The notes under the pieces were generated by a model, which saw only the letters and a list, made by a program, of their open reading frames with translations, was not told where the DNA came from and did no database searches. A stretch of DNA of 63,983 nucleotides, filler included, from Octopus bimaculoides (Eukaryota): NCBI RefSeq assembly GCF_001194135.2. It is 7 parts of 6 records of this genome, joined end to end, with 100 filler letters (N's around TTAATTAATTAA, not from the genome) between each part and the next. Parts side by side here need not be neighbours in the genome. Positions count along the whole stretch, not along the records: positions 37,235 to 44,997 come from NW_026420640.1; positions 45,098 to 57,479 come from NC_068984.1; 5 more parts are not named here. One strand, given 5' to 3'. Shown here piece by piece: positions 38,770 to 52,074 of this stretch (positions are counted from its first letter, which is position 1; each line of letters starts with the position of its first letter). A program made the translations under genes and the position numbers.

Positions 38770-39196
38770 GCATTGCAATGGTCTTATTTCTTGAAATCCA
38801 ATTTTATTGGAAAAGATTTATTATCCTAATTTAAAATAAGTATTTTTCCATTAAGATTTATGTTTTGTAATTTTTGTTAATCCAATTAGCTTTAAGAACA
38901 CGTATTGCTATTTTAATTTGACTTCCTCCAATGAAAGCTAAATTTGAAAATTTCTATTAAGACTTCTTCTAATATATCTTGTGATATCATAGTGTACAGT
39001 ATATAGAAGTCAAATTTATCTCGTCTATCTTTTATTTTCAAGAAGTTTCAATTATCTATTATTTTTATAACTGTATTAACATTCTTGATAATCCAATATA
39101 TATTATCCTTATATCAGCATTTGCATCTATTATGATATTCTGCACAATATTTTTAAGTGCCAACTTTAGTAAATATGCTATTAATTTTGATAGACG

Positions 39197-39238
<42 letters not shown>

Positions 39239-40094
39239 NNNNNNNNNNNNNNNNNNNNNNNNNNNNNNNNNNNNNNNNNNNNNNNNNNNNNNNNNNNNNN
39301 NNNNNNNNNNNNNNNNNNNNNNNNNNNNNNNNNNNNNNNNNNNNNNNNNNNNNNNNNNNNNNNNNNNNNNNNNNNNNNNNNNNNNNNNNNNNNNNNNNNN
39401 NNNNNNNNNNNNNNNNNNNNNNNNNNNNNNNNNNNNNNNNNNNNNNNNNNNNNNNNNNNNNNNNNNNNNNNNNNNNNNNNNNNNNNNNNNNNNNNNNNNN
39501 NNNNNNNNNNNNNNNNNNNNNNNNNNNNNNNNNNNNNNNNNNNNNNNNNNNNNNNNNNNNNNNNNNNNNNNNNNNNNNNNNNNNNNNNNNNNNNNNNNNN
39601 NNNNNNNNNNNNNNNNNNNNNNNNNNNNNNNNNNNNNNNNNNNNNNNNNNNNNNNNNNNNNNNNNNNNNNNNNNNNNNNNNNNNNNNNNNNNNNNNNNNN
39701 NNNNNNNNNNNNNNNNNNNNNNNNNNNNNNNNNNNNNNNNNNNNNNNNNNNNNNNNNNNNNNNNNNNNNNNNNNNNNNNNNNNNNNNNNNNNNNNNNNNN
39801 NNNNNNNNNNNNNNNNNNNNNNNNNNNNNNNNNNNNNNNNNNNNNNNNNNNNNNNNNNNNNNNNNNNNNNNNNNNNNNNNNNNNNNNNNNNNNNNNNNNN
39901 NNNNNNNNNNNNNNNNNNNNNNNNNNNNNNNNNNNNNNNNNNNNNNNNNNNNNNNNNNNNNNNNNNNNNNNNNNNNNNNNNNNNNNNNNNNNNNNNNNNN
40001 NNNNNNNNNNNNNNNNNNNNNNNNNNNNNNNNNNNNNNNNNNNNNNNNNNNNNNNNNNNNNNNNNNNNNNNNNNNNNNNNNNNNNNNNNNNNNN

Positions 40095-40492
40095 GTGTGT
40101 TTTATTCTTTTACTTGTTTCGGTCATTTGGCTGCGGCCATGCTGGAGCACCGCCTTTAGTCGAGCAAATCGACCCCAGGACTTATTCTTTGTAAGCCTAG
40201 TACATATTCTATCAGTCTCTTTGCCGATCCGCTAAGTTATGGTGACGTAAACACACCAGCATCGGTTGTCAAGCGATGTTGGGGAGCGGGGAGGACAAAC
40301 ACAGACACACAAACATATACACACATATACGGCGAGCTTCTTTCAGTTTCCGTCTACCAAATCCACTCAAAAGGCTTTGGTCGGCCCGAGGCTATAGTAC
40401 AAGACACTTACCCAAGATGCCATGCAGTGGGCCTGAACCCGGAACCTTGTGGTTGGTAAACAAGCTACTTACCACACAGCCACTCCTGCGCC
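40095..40492 (-). mobile_element. Family-B SINE with CpGs intact
   Basis: Full reverse-complement copy retaining gcaccgcc, tcgagc, gccgatccgc and tcggcccgagg. Confidence 0.85.
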
Positions 40493-40624
40493 TGGTGGTG
40501 GTGGTGGTGCTGCTGCTGCTGCTACTACTGTTGACATTGCAGTTGTTTAGCTCCGTAGCAATCTTTATTGAGCCACACTTAGGTATTATAAACATGACTA
40601 TCTCGTTTGTGCAGAAACCTTTTA

Positions 40625-41460
40625 CGATATATTTGGTATTAAATTTTGGCACAAGGCCCGCAACGTTTGGATGAGTGTGTCAGTCGATTACACCCTCCCC
40701 AGTACGCAACTGGTACTTATTTCATCAATCCGAAAGTTTCGAGTGGAATGTCTATCTCCACGGAATTTGAACTCAGAATGTAAAGACGGACGAAATGCCG
40801 ACGAGCTCTTTGACAGCCTGATAACGATTCTGCCAGCACGCCACCTTACCTTTTGGAAAATATTGGTTTCAAATTTTAGCACAAGGCCAGCAATATCGGG
40901 GAGTGGATAAGTTGAACGAAACACCCATTGTTTCCAGAAGTGAATTATCCAAACCTCAAATAATTCCTCTCATCACATGGCGATTATGCTCCCCCACTAC
41001 TTCTGCTCATGATCAGAGATGCACATATCGTCAGCCACTAAGGGACACGCTCAACTGGTCAAGGTCAAAGAACTGACAAGCAGATCTGTGGTATTAAGCA
41101 GATTATTTGCTGTACCCCATCTTTTATACCAAGACAAAACAATGTACATGATAACACCTCCAAACAGTTAAGATAAAAAAATAGCCAAGGGAACCACTGC
41201 CTGGTACTGCATCAGGGAACAACTTATTATTATTACCATTATTATATGGTGAGCTGGCAGAATCATTAGCACGCTAGACGAAACGCTTAAACGGTATTTC
41301 GCCCGTCGCTGCGTTCTGAGTTCAAATTCCACCGTGGTCGACTTTGCCTTTCATCCTTTCGCAGTCGATAAATTAAATACCGGTTGCTTACATGGGTCAA
41401 TCTAATCAAATGGCCTCTCCTCCCCCAAAATTTCAGGCCTAGTCTCTATATTAGAAGAAA
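40625..41460. mobile_element. Family-A SINEs in inverted orientation (- 40625-40845, + 41245-41460) flanking a LINE-tail-like repeat (about 40910-41220)
   Basis: gaatttgaactcagaa versus ttctgagttcaaattc. The intervening repeat overlaps in sequence (gaaacatgggtgtttcgttc) with the + copy at 53812-53975. Confidence 0.7.
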
Positions 41461-41499
41461 TTATTATTATTATTATTATCATTAATATTATTATTATGG

Positions 41500-41659
41500 T
41501 TTGACTCAGGCTTGGTCTTATTCCTGGTAGGATTTATGTGGGTAGCGGGTTACTACCTGTAAACCTAGGTATACGCAACTTTTCAGCAGTCTTTCAAGCG
41601 CTTAGAACCCCACTGATAATCCTTGCTGTTCCTAAGAGACAAACATTTTGTAGGACATC

Positions 41660-41660
<1 letters not shown>
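41500..41660 (-). mobile_element. 3' end of an R4/Dong-like LINE with (ATA)n tail
   Basis: DVLQNVCLLGTARIISGVL* resembles the terminal LQK..LLGTA.ILRKVL of REL-type LINEs; a short UTR follows, then (AAT)n. Confidence 0.55.
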
Positions 41661-41725
<65 letters not shown>

Positions 41726-41850
41726 TTCATATGTATGTATGTAATACTAAAGACTTGAACACGATTAAAATGTAAATTATTTCATTCCAGACCGGTTTTA
41801 TACGCCATTCTTTCGAATTTCTGGAACGAATGCGTGAGTTATTTAAGTAT

Positions 41851-42047
41851 ATTTAAATCTAAATTAAATATAATTTTCTTATGTCGACAAATAGTATTTT
41901 AATTTTGTAAATAACAAATGTGGTGTCTATTTCGTTCTCTGATTTTATATTTAAATCTAAATAAAATATCATTTTTCTTATGTCGACAAATAGTATTTTA
42001 ATTTTGTAAATAACAAATGTGGTGTCTATTTCGTTCTCTGATTTTAG
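41851..42047 (+). repeat. Tandem duplication of about 98 bp
   Basis: 41851-41948 and 41949-42047 are near-identical. Confidence 0.9.
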
Positions 42048-44538
42048 AAGTTGATAAGGCTTCGCATCGATGGAGCAAAAGGAAATAAGAAGGAAGAACA
42101 GGAAGAAGAGAATTGTCAACATCTTAATGAAACAACCTCTTGAATGTATGATGCTTGAATTGGAAATCTTAAAACGTAAGTAAGGAAGAAGAAGAAAAAT
42201 GAGAGGAGTAAATGAACGGACAGAACGAAAGTGATTGATGTTCACAGTTTAACTGTTCAGAGTGACAGAAATAGAAGAGGTTGATGAAAGCTAGATAGTG
42301 GATATCTTATTTGGTGATATATTGGGTAGTTCATTTATTGTAAAACCGTGGTAAATTTAAATCTATTTTTCTTTACATTTCTTTTCATTTTTTCTTTTTT
42401 TTTTTACTTTTTAACAAATTTACGGGATCTAATGAATGAAATTATGACAGTATATTTTAACAATTTATTTGTTTGTTTGTTCTATTTAAATTATATTGGA
42501 TGATTTAGAGAGATTTAAAAAGAAAAATAAGAAAAAGTGATGTAGGAGAGATAGAGATGGGGTAGAAGGGAGAGATGTGGAAAAGGAGAGACGGGAAGAG
42601 ACAGGGGGAGAAAGGGCAGGAATCAAAATCTAATTTCGTAAGTGGAATAATCCAATTGCTGAAATCTAACGGGAAAGTGAATATAGGGTGCCATGTTTTA
42701 GATAAATGTAAAATGTCGTACTTCGTCAACGCATCAGCTTCAAGTTTTTACAACTGGAAATCCAGTTGAAATAGAAGATAATGTTTTTTGTGTCAATTGT
42801 AAATAGTTTTACTTAGTTATTTCGTCGAAAATAGACAAGAAAACGGTTTAAAAAAACCTTTGTAAATAAGAAATATCTAGACATTTAAAATTACTAGATA
42901 TTTTCAATAACTAATATAATAGGTGCAGGAGTAGCTGTGTAGTAAGTAGCTTCCTTATCAACCACATAGTTCCGGGTTCAGTCCCATTGCGTGGCATCTT
43001 TGGAAAATGCCTTCTACTATAGCCTTGGGTTGACCAAAGCCTTGTAACTGGATTTGGTAGACGGAAATTGAAAGAAAATCGTCATATATATATATATATA
43101 NNNNNNNNNNNNNNNNNNNNNNNNNNNNNNNNNNNNNNNNNNNNNNNNNNNNNNNNNNNNNNNNNNNNNNNNNNNNNNNNNNNNNNNNNNNNNNNNNNNN
43201 NNNNNNNNNNNNNNNNNNNNNNNNNNNNNNNNNNNNNNNNNNNNNNNNNNNNNNNNNNNNNNNNNNNNNNNNNNNNNNNNNNNNNNNNNNNNNNNNNNNN
43301 NNNNNNNNNNNNNNNNNNNNNNNNNNNNNNNNNNNNNNNNNNNNNNNNNNNNNNNNNNNNNNNNNNNNNNNNNNNNNNNNNNNNNNNNNNNNNNNNNNNN
43401 NNNNNNNNNNNNNNNNNNNNNNNNNNNNNNNNNNNNNNNNNNNNNNNNNNNNNNNNNNNNNNNNNNNNNNNNNNNNNNNNNNNNNNNNNNNNNNNNNNNN
43501 NNNNNNNNNNNNNNNNNNNNNNNNNNNNNNNNNNNNNNNNNNNNNNNNNNNNNNNNNNNNNNNNNNNNNNNNNNNNNNNNNNNNNNNNNNNNNNNNNNNN
43601 NNNNNNNNNNNNNNNNNNNNNNNNNNNNNNNNNNNNNNNNNNNNNNNNNNNNNNNNNNNNNNNNNNNNNNNNNNNNNNNNNNNNNNNNNNNNNNNNNNNN
43701 NNNNNNNNNNNNNNNNNNNNNNNNNNNNNNNNNNNNNNNNNNNNNNNNNNNNNNNNNNNNNNNNNNNNNNNNNNNNNNNNNNNNNNNNNNNNNNNNNNNN
43801 NNNNNNNNNNNNNNNNNNNNNNNNNNNNNNNNNNNNNNNNNNNNNNNNNNNNNNNNNNNNNNNNNNNNNNNNNNNNNNNNNNNNNNNNNNNNNNNNNNNN
43901 NNNNNNNNNNNNNNNNNNNNNNNNNNNNNNNNNNNNNNNNNNNNNNNNNNNNNNNNNNNNNNNNNNNNNNNNNNNNNNNNNNNNNNNNNNNNNNNNNNNN
44001 NNNNNNNNNNNNNNNNNNNNNNTCACAAAAATAAAGAGCAGATTGAGAAAAATAGTTGGGGCGATGTAAAGAAATAATACACGTCAAGTTTGTTATTCCC
44101 CACATACAAGGCGTTCAGTTACTAAATGAATGTGTGTGAGAGAGAGAGAAAGGGAAATCTAAATAGAAGCAGACAGAGTGATTAGGTGTGTTTAAATTTG
44201 CATTCAATGCATATTGATTTGACGTAGATGTATGTGAAAAGCTGTTGAGAATCGTTGCATGGATGTGGTGGATACGAATCTGTAATATTTGTACGTGCAT
44301 AAATAACTTGAATCTGATAATAATGTACAACACATACGAGTGGGCCTCAATGATCCTCAGTTTATCTATGTTGAAAACATGCAAACTGAATGCTTATATT
44401 AATGCACAAAATCAAACACCCACATTCTTTTACTGGTTGCAATAATTGGACCACCGTAAGGTGGGGATAGATAATTCGATACATATACATGCATACATAC
44501 ACACACACGAACACACACATGTCTATATTAGAATATAC

Positions 44539-44681
<143 letters not shown>

Positions 44682-44731
44682 AAGAGAGAGAAAGAGAGAG
44701 AGAAAAAGAGAGAGAAAGAGAGAGAGAAAAA

Positions 44732-44763
<32 letters not shown>

Positions 44764-44944
44764 AAGAGAGCGAGACAGATACATAGACACATTACACATG
44801 TACATACAGGATCATGTATCTGCGTTCATGTACTTAAATATGAACGTGCGCATACAGATGTACGTGAGTGCACGTGTGTGAGTATACATATTTTTTTCGT
44901 GTGTGTATATTTATACGTATATATATATATATATGTGTGTTTGC

Positions 44945-44976
<32 letters not shown>

Positions 44977-45699
44977 ATATATCTGTATATATATGTGNNN
45001 NNNNNNNNNNNNNNNNNNNNNNNNNNNNNNNNNNNNNNNNNTTAATTAATTAANNNNNNNNNNNNNNNNNNNNNNNNNNNNNNNNNNNNNNNNNNNNTAT
45101 TATCTTCCCCTCCCCCCAACTCCTATATTTCGAACAAAACAGCCGTCTATAAAGATTGAAAATGGAAACAAATTTGATTACGACTAACTGCTTCTACTAC
45201 TACTACTACTACTAATACTACTACTAATACTACTACCGCTGCTGCCACTGCTTCTGCTGTTGCCACCGCTACTGCCACTAGCGCCACCATCACAGCAACA
45301 TTAAGGATGGGGGGAAAAAATGGCTATAATACCATTAGAACGCCGAATAAAGTGTCTTGCTATATTTCTTAGATCTACTTTCTAAGTTTATATCCCTACC
45401 AGGTCATCTTTGTCTTTCAACCTTCCAAGGTCGAAGAAACAAAGCCCTGGATAACTGTCGAAGACAATTTCTTCGAACCTAGGATAAGATGCCTAGCGAA
45501 TTTTAATTGCCCTATATACATTCTGATTTCAAATCTCGCCGAGATAAACTTCCCCTTTCACTCTTTCAGGGTCAGTAAGGTACTTACTGAAAAGCGATTA
45601 AACCGACTAAGCCACGTTAAATATAAATATTTACAGCTTATTTTAATCCACGCTGTTTAGTGTTTGTTTAATTAAATCATATTAAAAAGATGTTCAATA

Positions 45700-46132
45700 G
45701 AAGCATGGGCCGAAGAAATTTACTAAAAGCTTGCTTCCCAACCAAATGGTTCTGGGTTCAGTCACACAGAGTAACACGTTGGGCAAGTGTCTTCTGTCAT
45801 AGCTTCGGGCCGACCAAAGCCTTGTGAGTGAATCTGGTAGAGGGAAACTGAAAGAAGCTTGTCGTATATACATGTATGTNNNNNNNNNNNNNNNNNNNNN
45901 NNNNNNNNNNNNNNNNNNNNNNNNNNNNNNNNNNNNNNNNNNNNNNNNNNNNNNNNNNNNNNNNNNNNNNNNNNNNNNNNNNNCCCCGTAACTTGGCGGT
46001 TCGACAAAGGAGACCGATAGAATAAGTACTAGGCTTTAAAAAAAGTCCAATGTCGATTTCTTCGGCTAAAACCCTTCGAAGCGGTGCTCCAGCATGGTCG
46101 CAGTCAAAAGACTGAAACAAGTAAAAGAATAA
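45700..46132 (+). mobile_element. Family-B SINE with an assembly gap at its internal microsatellite
   Basis: Head aagcttgcttcccaacca..gggttcagtc, gap 45880-45983, tail cggtgctccagcatggtcgcagtc. Confidence 0.8.
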
Positions 46133-46149
46133 ATGCTTTGAGAATATTT

Positions 46150-47000
46150 GATTCAGTAACGTTGGTACTTGTTTTATCGGCTCCGAGAGGACAAAAAGTA
46201 AAGTCGACCTCGGTGGAATTTGAACTCAGAACGTAAGGATGGACGAAATGCCGCGAAGCATTTTGCCCGGCGTGTTAACGATTCCAATAGGTCACCGCAA
46301 TTATTGATCCAGTAATATTGCAAACTTGTCTTCAGGCGACATCGCATTTGTGGTTATAATAATGATTTGGAGAATGATTGACAGGATGGACACTAGGCTA
46401 CATATTTTGTAGAGAGTGATGGTAATTTTGATGGTGGTGGTGGTGGTTGTGATGAGGATGATGATGATAATGATGATGATAATGATGATGGACATCGATC
46501 CTGGAGCAATTAAAAGTAAGTCAACCCTGTAAGGAATTTGAAGTCAGAACGTAGAGGGACATAATTAAAAACTGCATTTCATATTGTTTCTCGCACAGCC
46601 ATTTCTGCCACCCTGCGTCACTTAATAAGGATTTCAAACGTACGTAAAAATTTACAAACTTGGAAGAAGAAAAATTCGATTATATCGACCTTAGTATTTA
46701 AATGGTATCTTATTTTATCGTCTCCGAAAGGATGAAATATAAAACCAACCTTGTGGAATTTGAACATCGAATCTTATTAAAAAAGCGTAATTCATTTTGT
46801 TGACTTACCACTTAATATTGATTTCTAACATAAGTATAAGACCAAAATTTATAGATGGAGGTGGAGTATAGTCGATCGCAGAATTTGACTGGTGCTTATT
46901 TCATTAAGTCCGGTAGATGAAATGCAAATTCGATTGTGGTGAGGTTTGAACTGAAAGCATAAGGGTCTACAACTGACTAAATACTGCAAGTCTCAACTGA
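46150..47000 (-). mobile_element. Run of minus-strand family-A SINE copies and fragments
   Basis: Repeated ggaatttgaa(c/g)tcagaacgta and gaatttgaac at about 46217, 46535, 46756 and 46945. Confidence 0.7.
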
Positions 47001-47809
47001 TTTTATCATCTCATCACCTTAGTAAAGGATATGAAGGATAATAGAAGAGATGAACAAATTCAGAAAGCTGTAATAAAATATGATAAAGAACAAATATGAG
47101 AAAAGACAATAGAAGAAACAAACCAAAGTGCAAACATTGCTTTAAACTATTATAACAAATAGAAAATACGCACAATTTCGGAGCCGTAGTGGAATTTAAA
47201 CTCCGGCTATTATGAATTCTAATAGTCATATTATTATGAATATTAATAGTCATACAACCCTAGGCGGTTTGCTGGATGAATAGAAAGAAGTTTTCCTCTT
47301 TTTAAATGTTTAGTCCGCTGGTTCTCAAACTATTTCTTTTTATGAAAGAAAATAAAAATATTGTGGTACATCCAGTACATAGTGGGCCCTCCTGACGTAA
47401 ACGGCAGATGAGGGTTGCGAAACCTCTTGCTGAACAACCTTTTATAGTGATGAAATGTTTGTGTTGTGCATAAGTATGCTCCCTACATCAGATCGACATT
47501 GCCTGTACATTGCACTTTGTACCAAACATCCTCCATCAAAGTGATCGCAGAGTAACGTGTTATGAAGTGCTTTGCTCAAGAACACAACGCAGCTCTCGGC
47601 CCGGGAAAGGAACCGCGATCTTGCGAGCAACCATTAGGCCAGGCGCTTTCACATTTAGAATGTAGACAAAATGTATATAAGAAAAGGGTATTTATATCTT
47701 TTAGAATATAAATAATTTAACGCAAAGAAAATTATTTGCTACTTAGTTTTTAATTCAATTAATAAACTATAATTATCTGGGATTTATAATTAGAAATTCA
47801 CAACCTTTT

Positions 47810-47921
47810 GCGTTCAGAGTTCAAAGTCCATAGAAGTTCACAACCAGTTGTGTACTGAGGTCGATCTAATCGACTAGCCCCCTCTCCTCAAATTTCAGGC
47901 CTTGTGCCTATAATAGAAAGG

Positions 47922-47962
<41 letters not shown>

Positions 47963-48625
47963 GAGATTGAAGTGGTTCACTGTCAGAATTGTCAGCACGC
48001 CGGGCGAAATGCTTAGTGGTATTTCGTCTGCGTTACGTTCTGAGTTCAAATTCCACCGAGGTCAACTTTGCCTTTCATCCTTTCGGGGTCGATTAAATAA
48101 ACACCTGTTACGCGCTGGGGTCGATGTAATCGACTTATTCCCTTCCCCCAAATTTCAGGCCTTGTGCATACAATAGAAAGGATTGTTGTTATCATATTTT
48201 GAGATTGAGGTGGTTCGCTGGCAGAATCGTGAGCACGCCGGGCGAAATGCTTAGCGGTATTTCGTTTGTCTTTACGTTCTGAGTTCAAATTCCGCCGAGG
48301 TCGACTTTGCTTTTATCCTTCGGGGTCGATAAATTAAGTACCAGTTACGTACTGGAGTCGATCTAATCGACTGGCCCCACTTCCCAAAAAATTTCGGGCC
48401 TTGTGCCTAGAGTAGAAAAGAATCGTGAGCACGCTGGATAAAATTCTTGGCAACATTTCGTCCGTCTTTACGTTCTGAGTTCAAATGCTGCCGAGACCTA
48501 CTTTAATAACTTTGATCCTTTCGGCATCGACAAAATAAACACTAGTCAAACACTGGGTTGTATATCATAGACTATCCACCTCCCACAAACTTCAGTCCTT
48601 GTGACTATTCTAGAAAGGATTACTG
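47810..48625 (+). mobile_element. Head-to-tail array of about four family-A tRNA-derived SINEs, CpG-rich
   Basis: gcagaatcgtgagcacgccgggcgaaatgcttagcggtatttcg...gttctgagttcaaattccgccgaggtcgac...aggccttgtgcc repeated. Confidence 0.85.
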
Positions 48626-48659
48626 CATTCTCAGGTGGCAAAATAAAATTATATATATA

Positions 48660-48835
48660 TAGGCGCAGGAGTGGCTGTGAGGTAAGAAGCTTGCTTACCA
48701 ACCACATGGTTCTGGGTTCAGTCCTACTGCGTGGCACCTTGAGCAAGTGTCTTCTACTATAGCCTCGGGCCAACCAAAGCCTTGTGAATGGATTTGGTTG
48801 ACGGAAACTGAAAGAAGCCCGTCTTATATATGTAT
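48660..48835 (+). mobile_element. Family-B SINE 5' half
   Basis: ggcgcaggagtggctgtgaggtaagaagc...gggttcagtcc...gaaagaagcccgtc. Confidence 0.8.
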
Positions 48836-49284
48836 ATGTATATATATATATACGTGTGTGTCTGTGTTTGTAGACTTTGACTCTCTTCCTCTTTACTGGA
48901 ATCGATAAAATAAAATACTAGTCATGTAGCGGATCAATTTGATCGATTATAGCCCATCGCCAAAAATTGAGGTCTTGTACTTATGTCAGAAACCAACACG
49001 GTACTGGAGTGACGCGCTGGCAAATACAGTAGGGCAAAAAACATCATTACAGTTTGGAGTTCAGTGTTTTGAAGAATCTTTGGAGTTTTAATCTTGCTTT
49101 ATCTTTCTTTCTTATGGAATCGATAAAAATAAGAACTTGTCAAGTACTGGAATCGATTTAATATGTATGCACGCGTACACACGAGCACGCGCATATGTCC
49201 AAAATATTTTGGCTTCGTACCTGTTTGGATTCAACATCAATATTGTCATCATCGTCATTGTCGACGTTGTTGTCATCATCAATC

Positions 49285-50029
49285 ACTTCCTCCTCCTCCT
49301 ATTCTTCCTCCTCCTCCTCCTCTTCTTCTTCTTCTTCTTCTTCTTCCTCCTCCTCCTCCTCCTCCTCTTCTTCTTCTTCTTCCTCTTCCTCCTCCTCCTA
49401 TTCTTCCTCCTCCTCCTTCTATTCTTCCTCCTCCTCCTTCTATTCTTCCTCCTCCTCCTCNNNNNNNNNNNNNNNNNNNNNNNNNNNNNNNNNNNNNNNN
49501 NNNNNNNNNNNNNNNNNNNNNNNNNNNNNNNNNNNNNNNNNNNNNNNNNNNNNNNNNNNNNNNNNNNNNNNNNNNNNNNNNNNNNNNNNNNNNNNNNNNN
49601 NNNNNNNNNNNNNNNNNNNNNNNNNNNNNNNNNNNNNNNNNNNNNNNNNNNNNNNNNNNNNNNNNNNNNNNNNNNNNNNNNNNNNNNNNNNNNNNNNNNN
49701 NNNNNNNNNNNNNNNNNNNNNNNNNNNNCTCCTCTTCCTCCTCCTCTTCCTCCTCCTCTTCTTCCTCCTCTTCTTCTTCCCCTTCTTCCTTCTCCTCCTC
49801 CTCTTCCTCCTCCTCTTCTTCCTCCTCTTCTTCTTCCTCTTCTTCCTTCTCCTCCTCCTCTTCCTCCTCTACCTTTTCCTCCTCTACCTCTTCCTCCTTC
49901 TCATCCTCATCCTAATCCTCACTATTATTATTATCGTCATCAGCCTCCATTCATCATCATCATTATCGTCGCTGTCGTCATCGTCGTCGTCATCATCATC
50001 ATCATCATCATCATCACCATCATCATCAC

Positions 50030-50075
<46 letters not shown>

Positions 50076-50146
50076 TTCTTCTTCTTCTTCTTCTTCTTCT
50101 TCTTCTTCTTCTTCTTCTTCTTCTTCTTCTTCTTCTTCTTCTTCTT
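49285..50146 (+). repeat. Compound trinucleotide microsatellite (CCT/CTT)n-(CAT)n-(CTT)n with internal gap
   Basis: Visible directly; it explains the low-complexity ORFs in the track. Confidence 0.95.
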
Positions 50147-52031
50147 TTAATTATTTCTGTTTAGGTACTTACCTACTTACTCCTTTTATTAAGTAGTCGA
50201 ATTCGATATCGATGCAAGTTCTAATGAGCAACATCAGTGAAAAAAAAAAAGTAAAAATTACGTTTACTCCAACGTTTTTCAAGCGATTCAAAGATTAACT
50301 GCCACACCTACCAATAAAATGAAAATGCTAGTTAGCTTGCTGTAGATACGACAAAAGAGGTACCTGTTAGTTATAAAGCTGTTGCAGTATTAGCTAAATT
50401 TAAGTACCTACTTGAACGAACAGCCTAATTTCCCTCTTTTGTTCAATGTATACGACATAGATTGTGCGGTGGATCGATAAATCTATTGATACATGGCATG
50501 TATGTGTGTGTATAATGACATATGATGACATATGTATGTATGAATGTATGTATGAATGTTTGTATGTATACATATATATATATATATATATACATATATA
50601 TATANNNNNNNNNNNNNNNNNNNNNNNNNNNNNNNNNNNNNNNNNNNNNNNNNNNNNNNNNNNNNNNNNNNNNNNNNNNNNNNNNNNNNNNNNNNNNNNN
50701 NNNNNNNNNNNNNNNNNNNNNNNNNNNNNNNNNNNNNNNNNNNNNNNNNNNNNNNNNNNNNNNNNNNNNNNNNNNNNNNNNNNNNNNNNNNNNNNNNNNN
50801 NNNNNNNNNNNNNNNNNNNNNNNNNNNNNNNNNNNNNNNNNNNNNNNNNNNNNNNNNNNNNNNNNNNNNNNNNNNNNNNNNNNNNNNNNNNNNNNNNNNN
50901 NNNNNNNNNNNNNNNNNNNNNNNNNNNNNNNNNNNNNNNNNNNNNNNNNNNNNNNNNNNNNNNNNNNNNNNNNNNNNNNNNNNNNNNNNNNNNNNNNNNN
51001 NNNNNNNNNNNNNNNNNNNNNNNNNNNNNNNNNNNNNNNNNNNNNNNNNNNNNNNNNNNNNNNNNNNNNNNNNNNNNNNNNNNNNNNNNNNNNNNNNNNN
51101 NNNNNNNNNNNNNNNNNNNNNNNNNNNNNNNNNNNNNNNNNNNNNNNNNNNNNNNNNNNNNNNNNNNNNNNNNNNNNNNNNNNNNNNNNNNNNNNNNNNN
51201 NNGTACCCACTTCAACATGGCTGTAGATTCGAACGGACTCTACTGCGATATTTTAACCCCAAGAGGACATTTCTTCTGACTGGTTAACGATGCAAAGCTG
51301 CATCCGATAAATTGCGATCAAAGAGAGAACCCCTACCACCTCCTAGCAACGGGACCAGAAGACCAATCCTGGTTTCGGGCTATTTCTTCTAATCTTTGGT
51401 ACTGGACACCTCATCTGCTACAGATGGTGGTAGCTCGCCTCTGCTTACAATATATATATATATATATATATATATTTCAAGTGAACGCACAGTCGTTTAT
51501 TTTACAACAAACAAAAATGCTAGTTCTAAAATCTCTCAAAGAGATCAACGTAGTCAATATATGTTTTAAAATCTCTGTAGAAGATCGATCAGTCAATATA
51601 TGTTTTATGAGATATTGTCCGATCGATTTCATATACGTTTTACGTGTGAAACTCCAGGTAACAGCTTCGTGAACTTCAAACTAGTACCCAATTACGTATA
51701 AAGTTTATAAATTGTTTCGAGTGAATATTTCATTAGCTTGGCTACAAACACACCCACGTATAAGCATACACACAAGCACTTTATGCACAGAACAACAGCA
51801 CATCTTGCGTCAGAAGAACTGAAATAAATTTAGATATTAGAAAGCCTAGCTGTGTGAAAATATAACAAAGTAAATGAATTTATTTTCTATTATTTTTAAA
51901 TGTTCAAAAATGTTGAGAAGGGCTCTCCCGACGGATCTGTTTTGCAGTTTGACAGCTCTTCAATGTGTGTGTGCGTGTGTGTGTGTGTGTTTGCGTGCGA
52001 GTGTGTGTGTATATACATACCTACCAACCTG

Positions 52032-52074
<43 letters not shown>

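Noticed and set aside
47810-48625. Regularly repeated units that might suggest a CRISPR-like or tRNA gene array
   Set aside because: The units are ~200-bp SINEs dispersed throughout the window, with no unique spacers and no complete cloverleaf.
49137-50196. Poly-Ser, poly-Pro and poly-Leu ORFs
   Set aside because: Trinucleotide microsatellite open in several frames; no splice or domain evidence.
50196-50213. GAATTCGATATCGAT, resembling a pBluescript polylinker
   Set aside because: Only about 12 nt match and the flanks are not vector-like; chance is likely.
51203-51430. Possible RTE-type ORF end (LEEIARNQDW) on the minus strand
   Set aside because: Only about 10 residues resemble the motif; too weak to annotate.
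51528-51606. Diverged 40-bp tandem duplication
   Set aside because: Ordinary local slippage with no associated signal.
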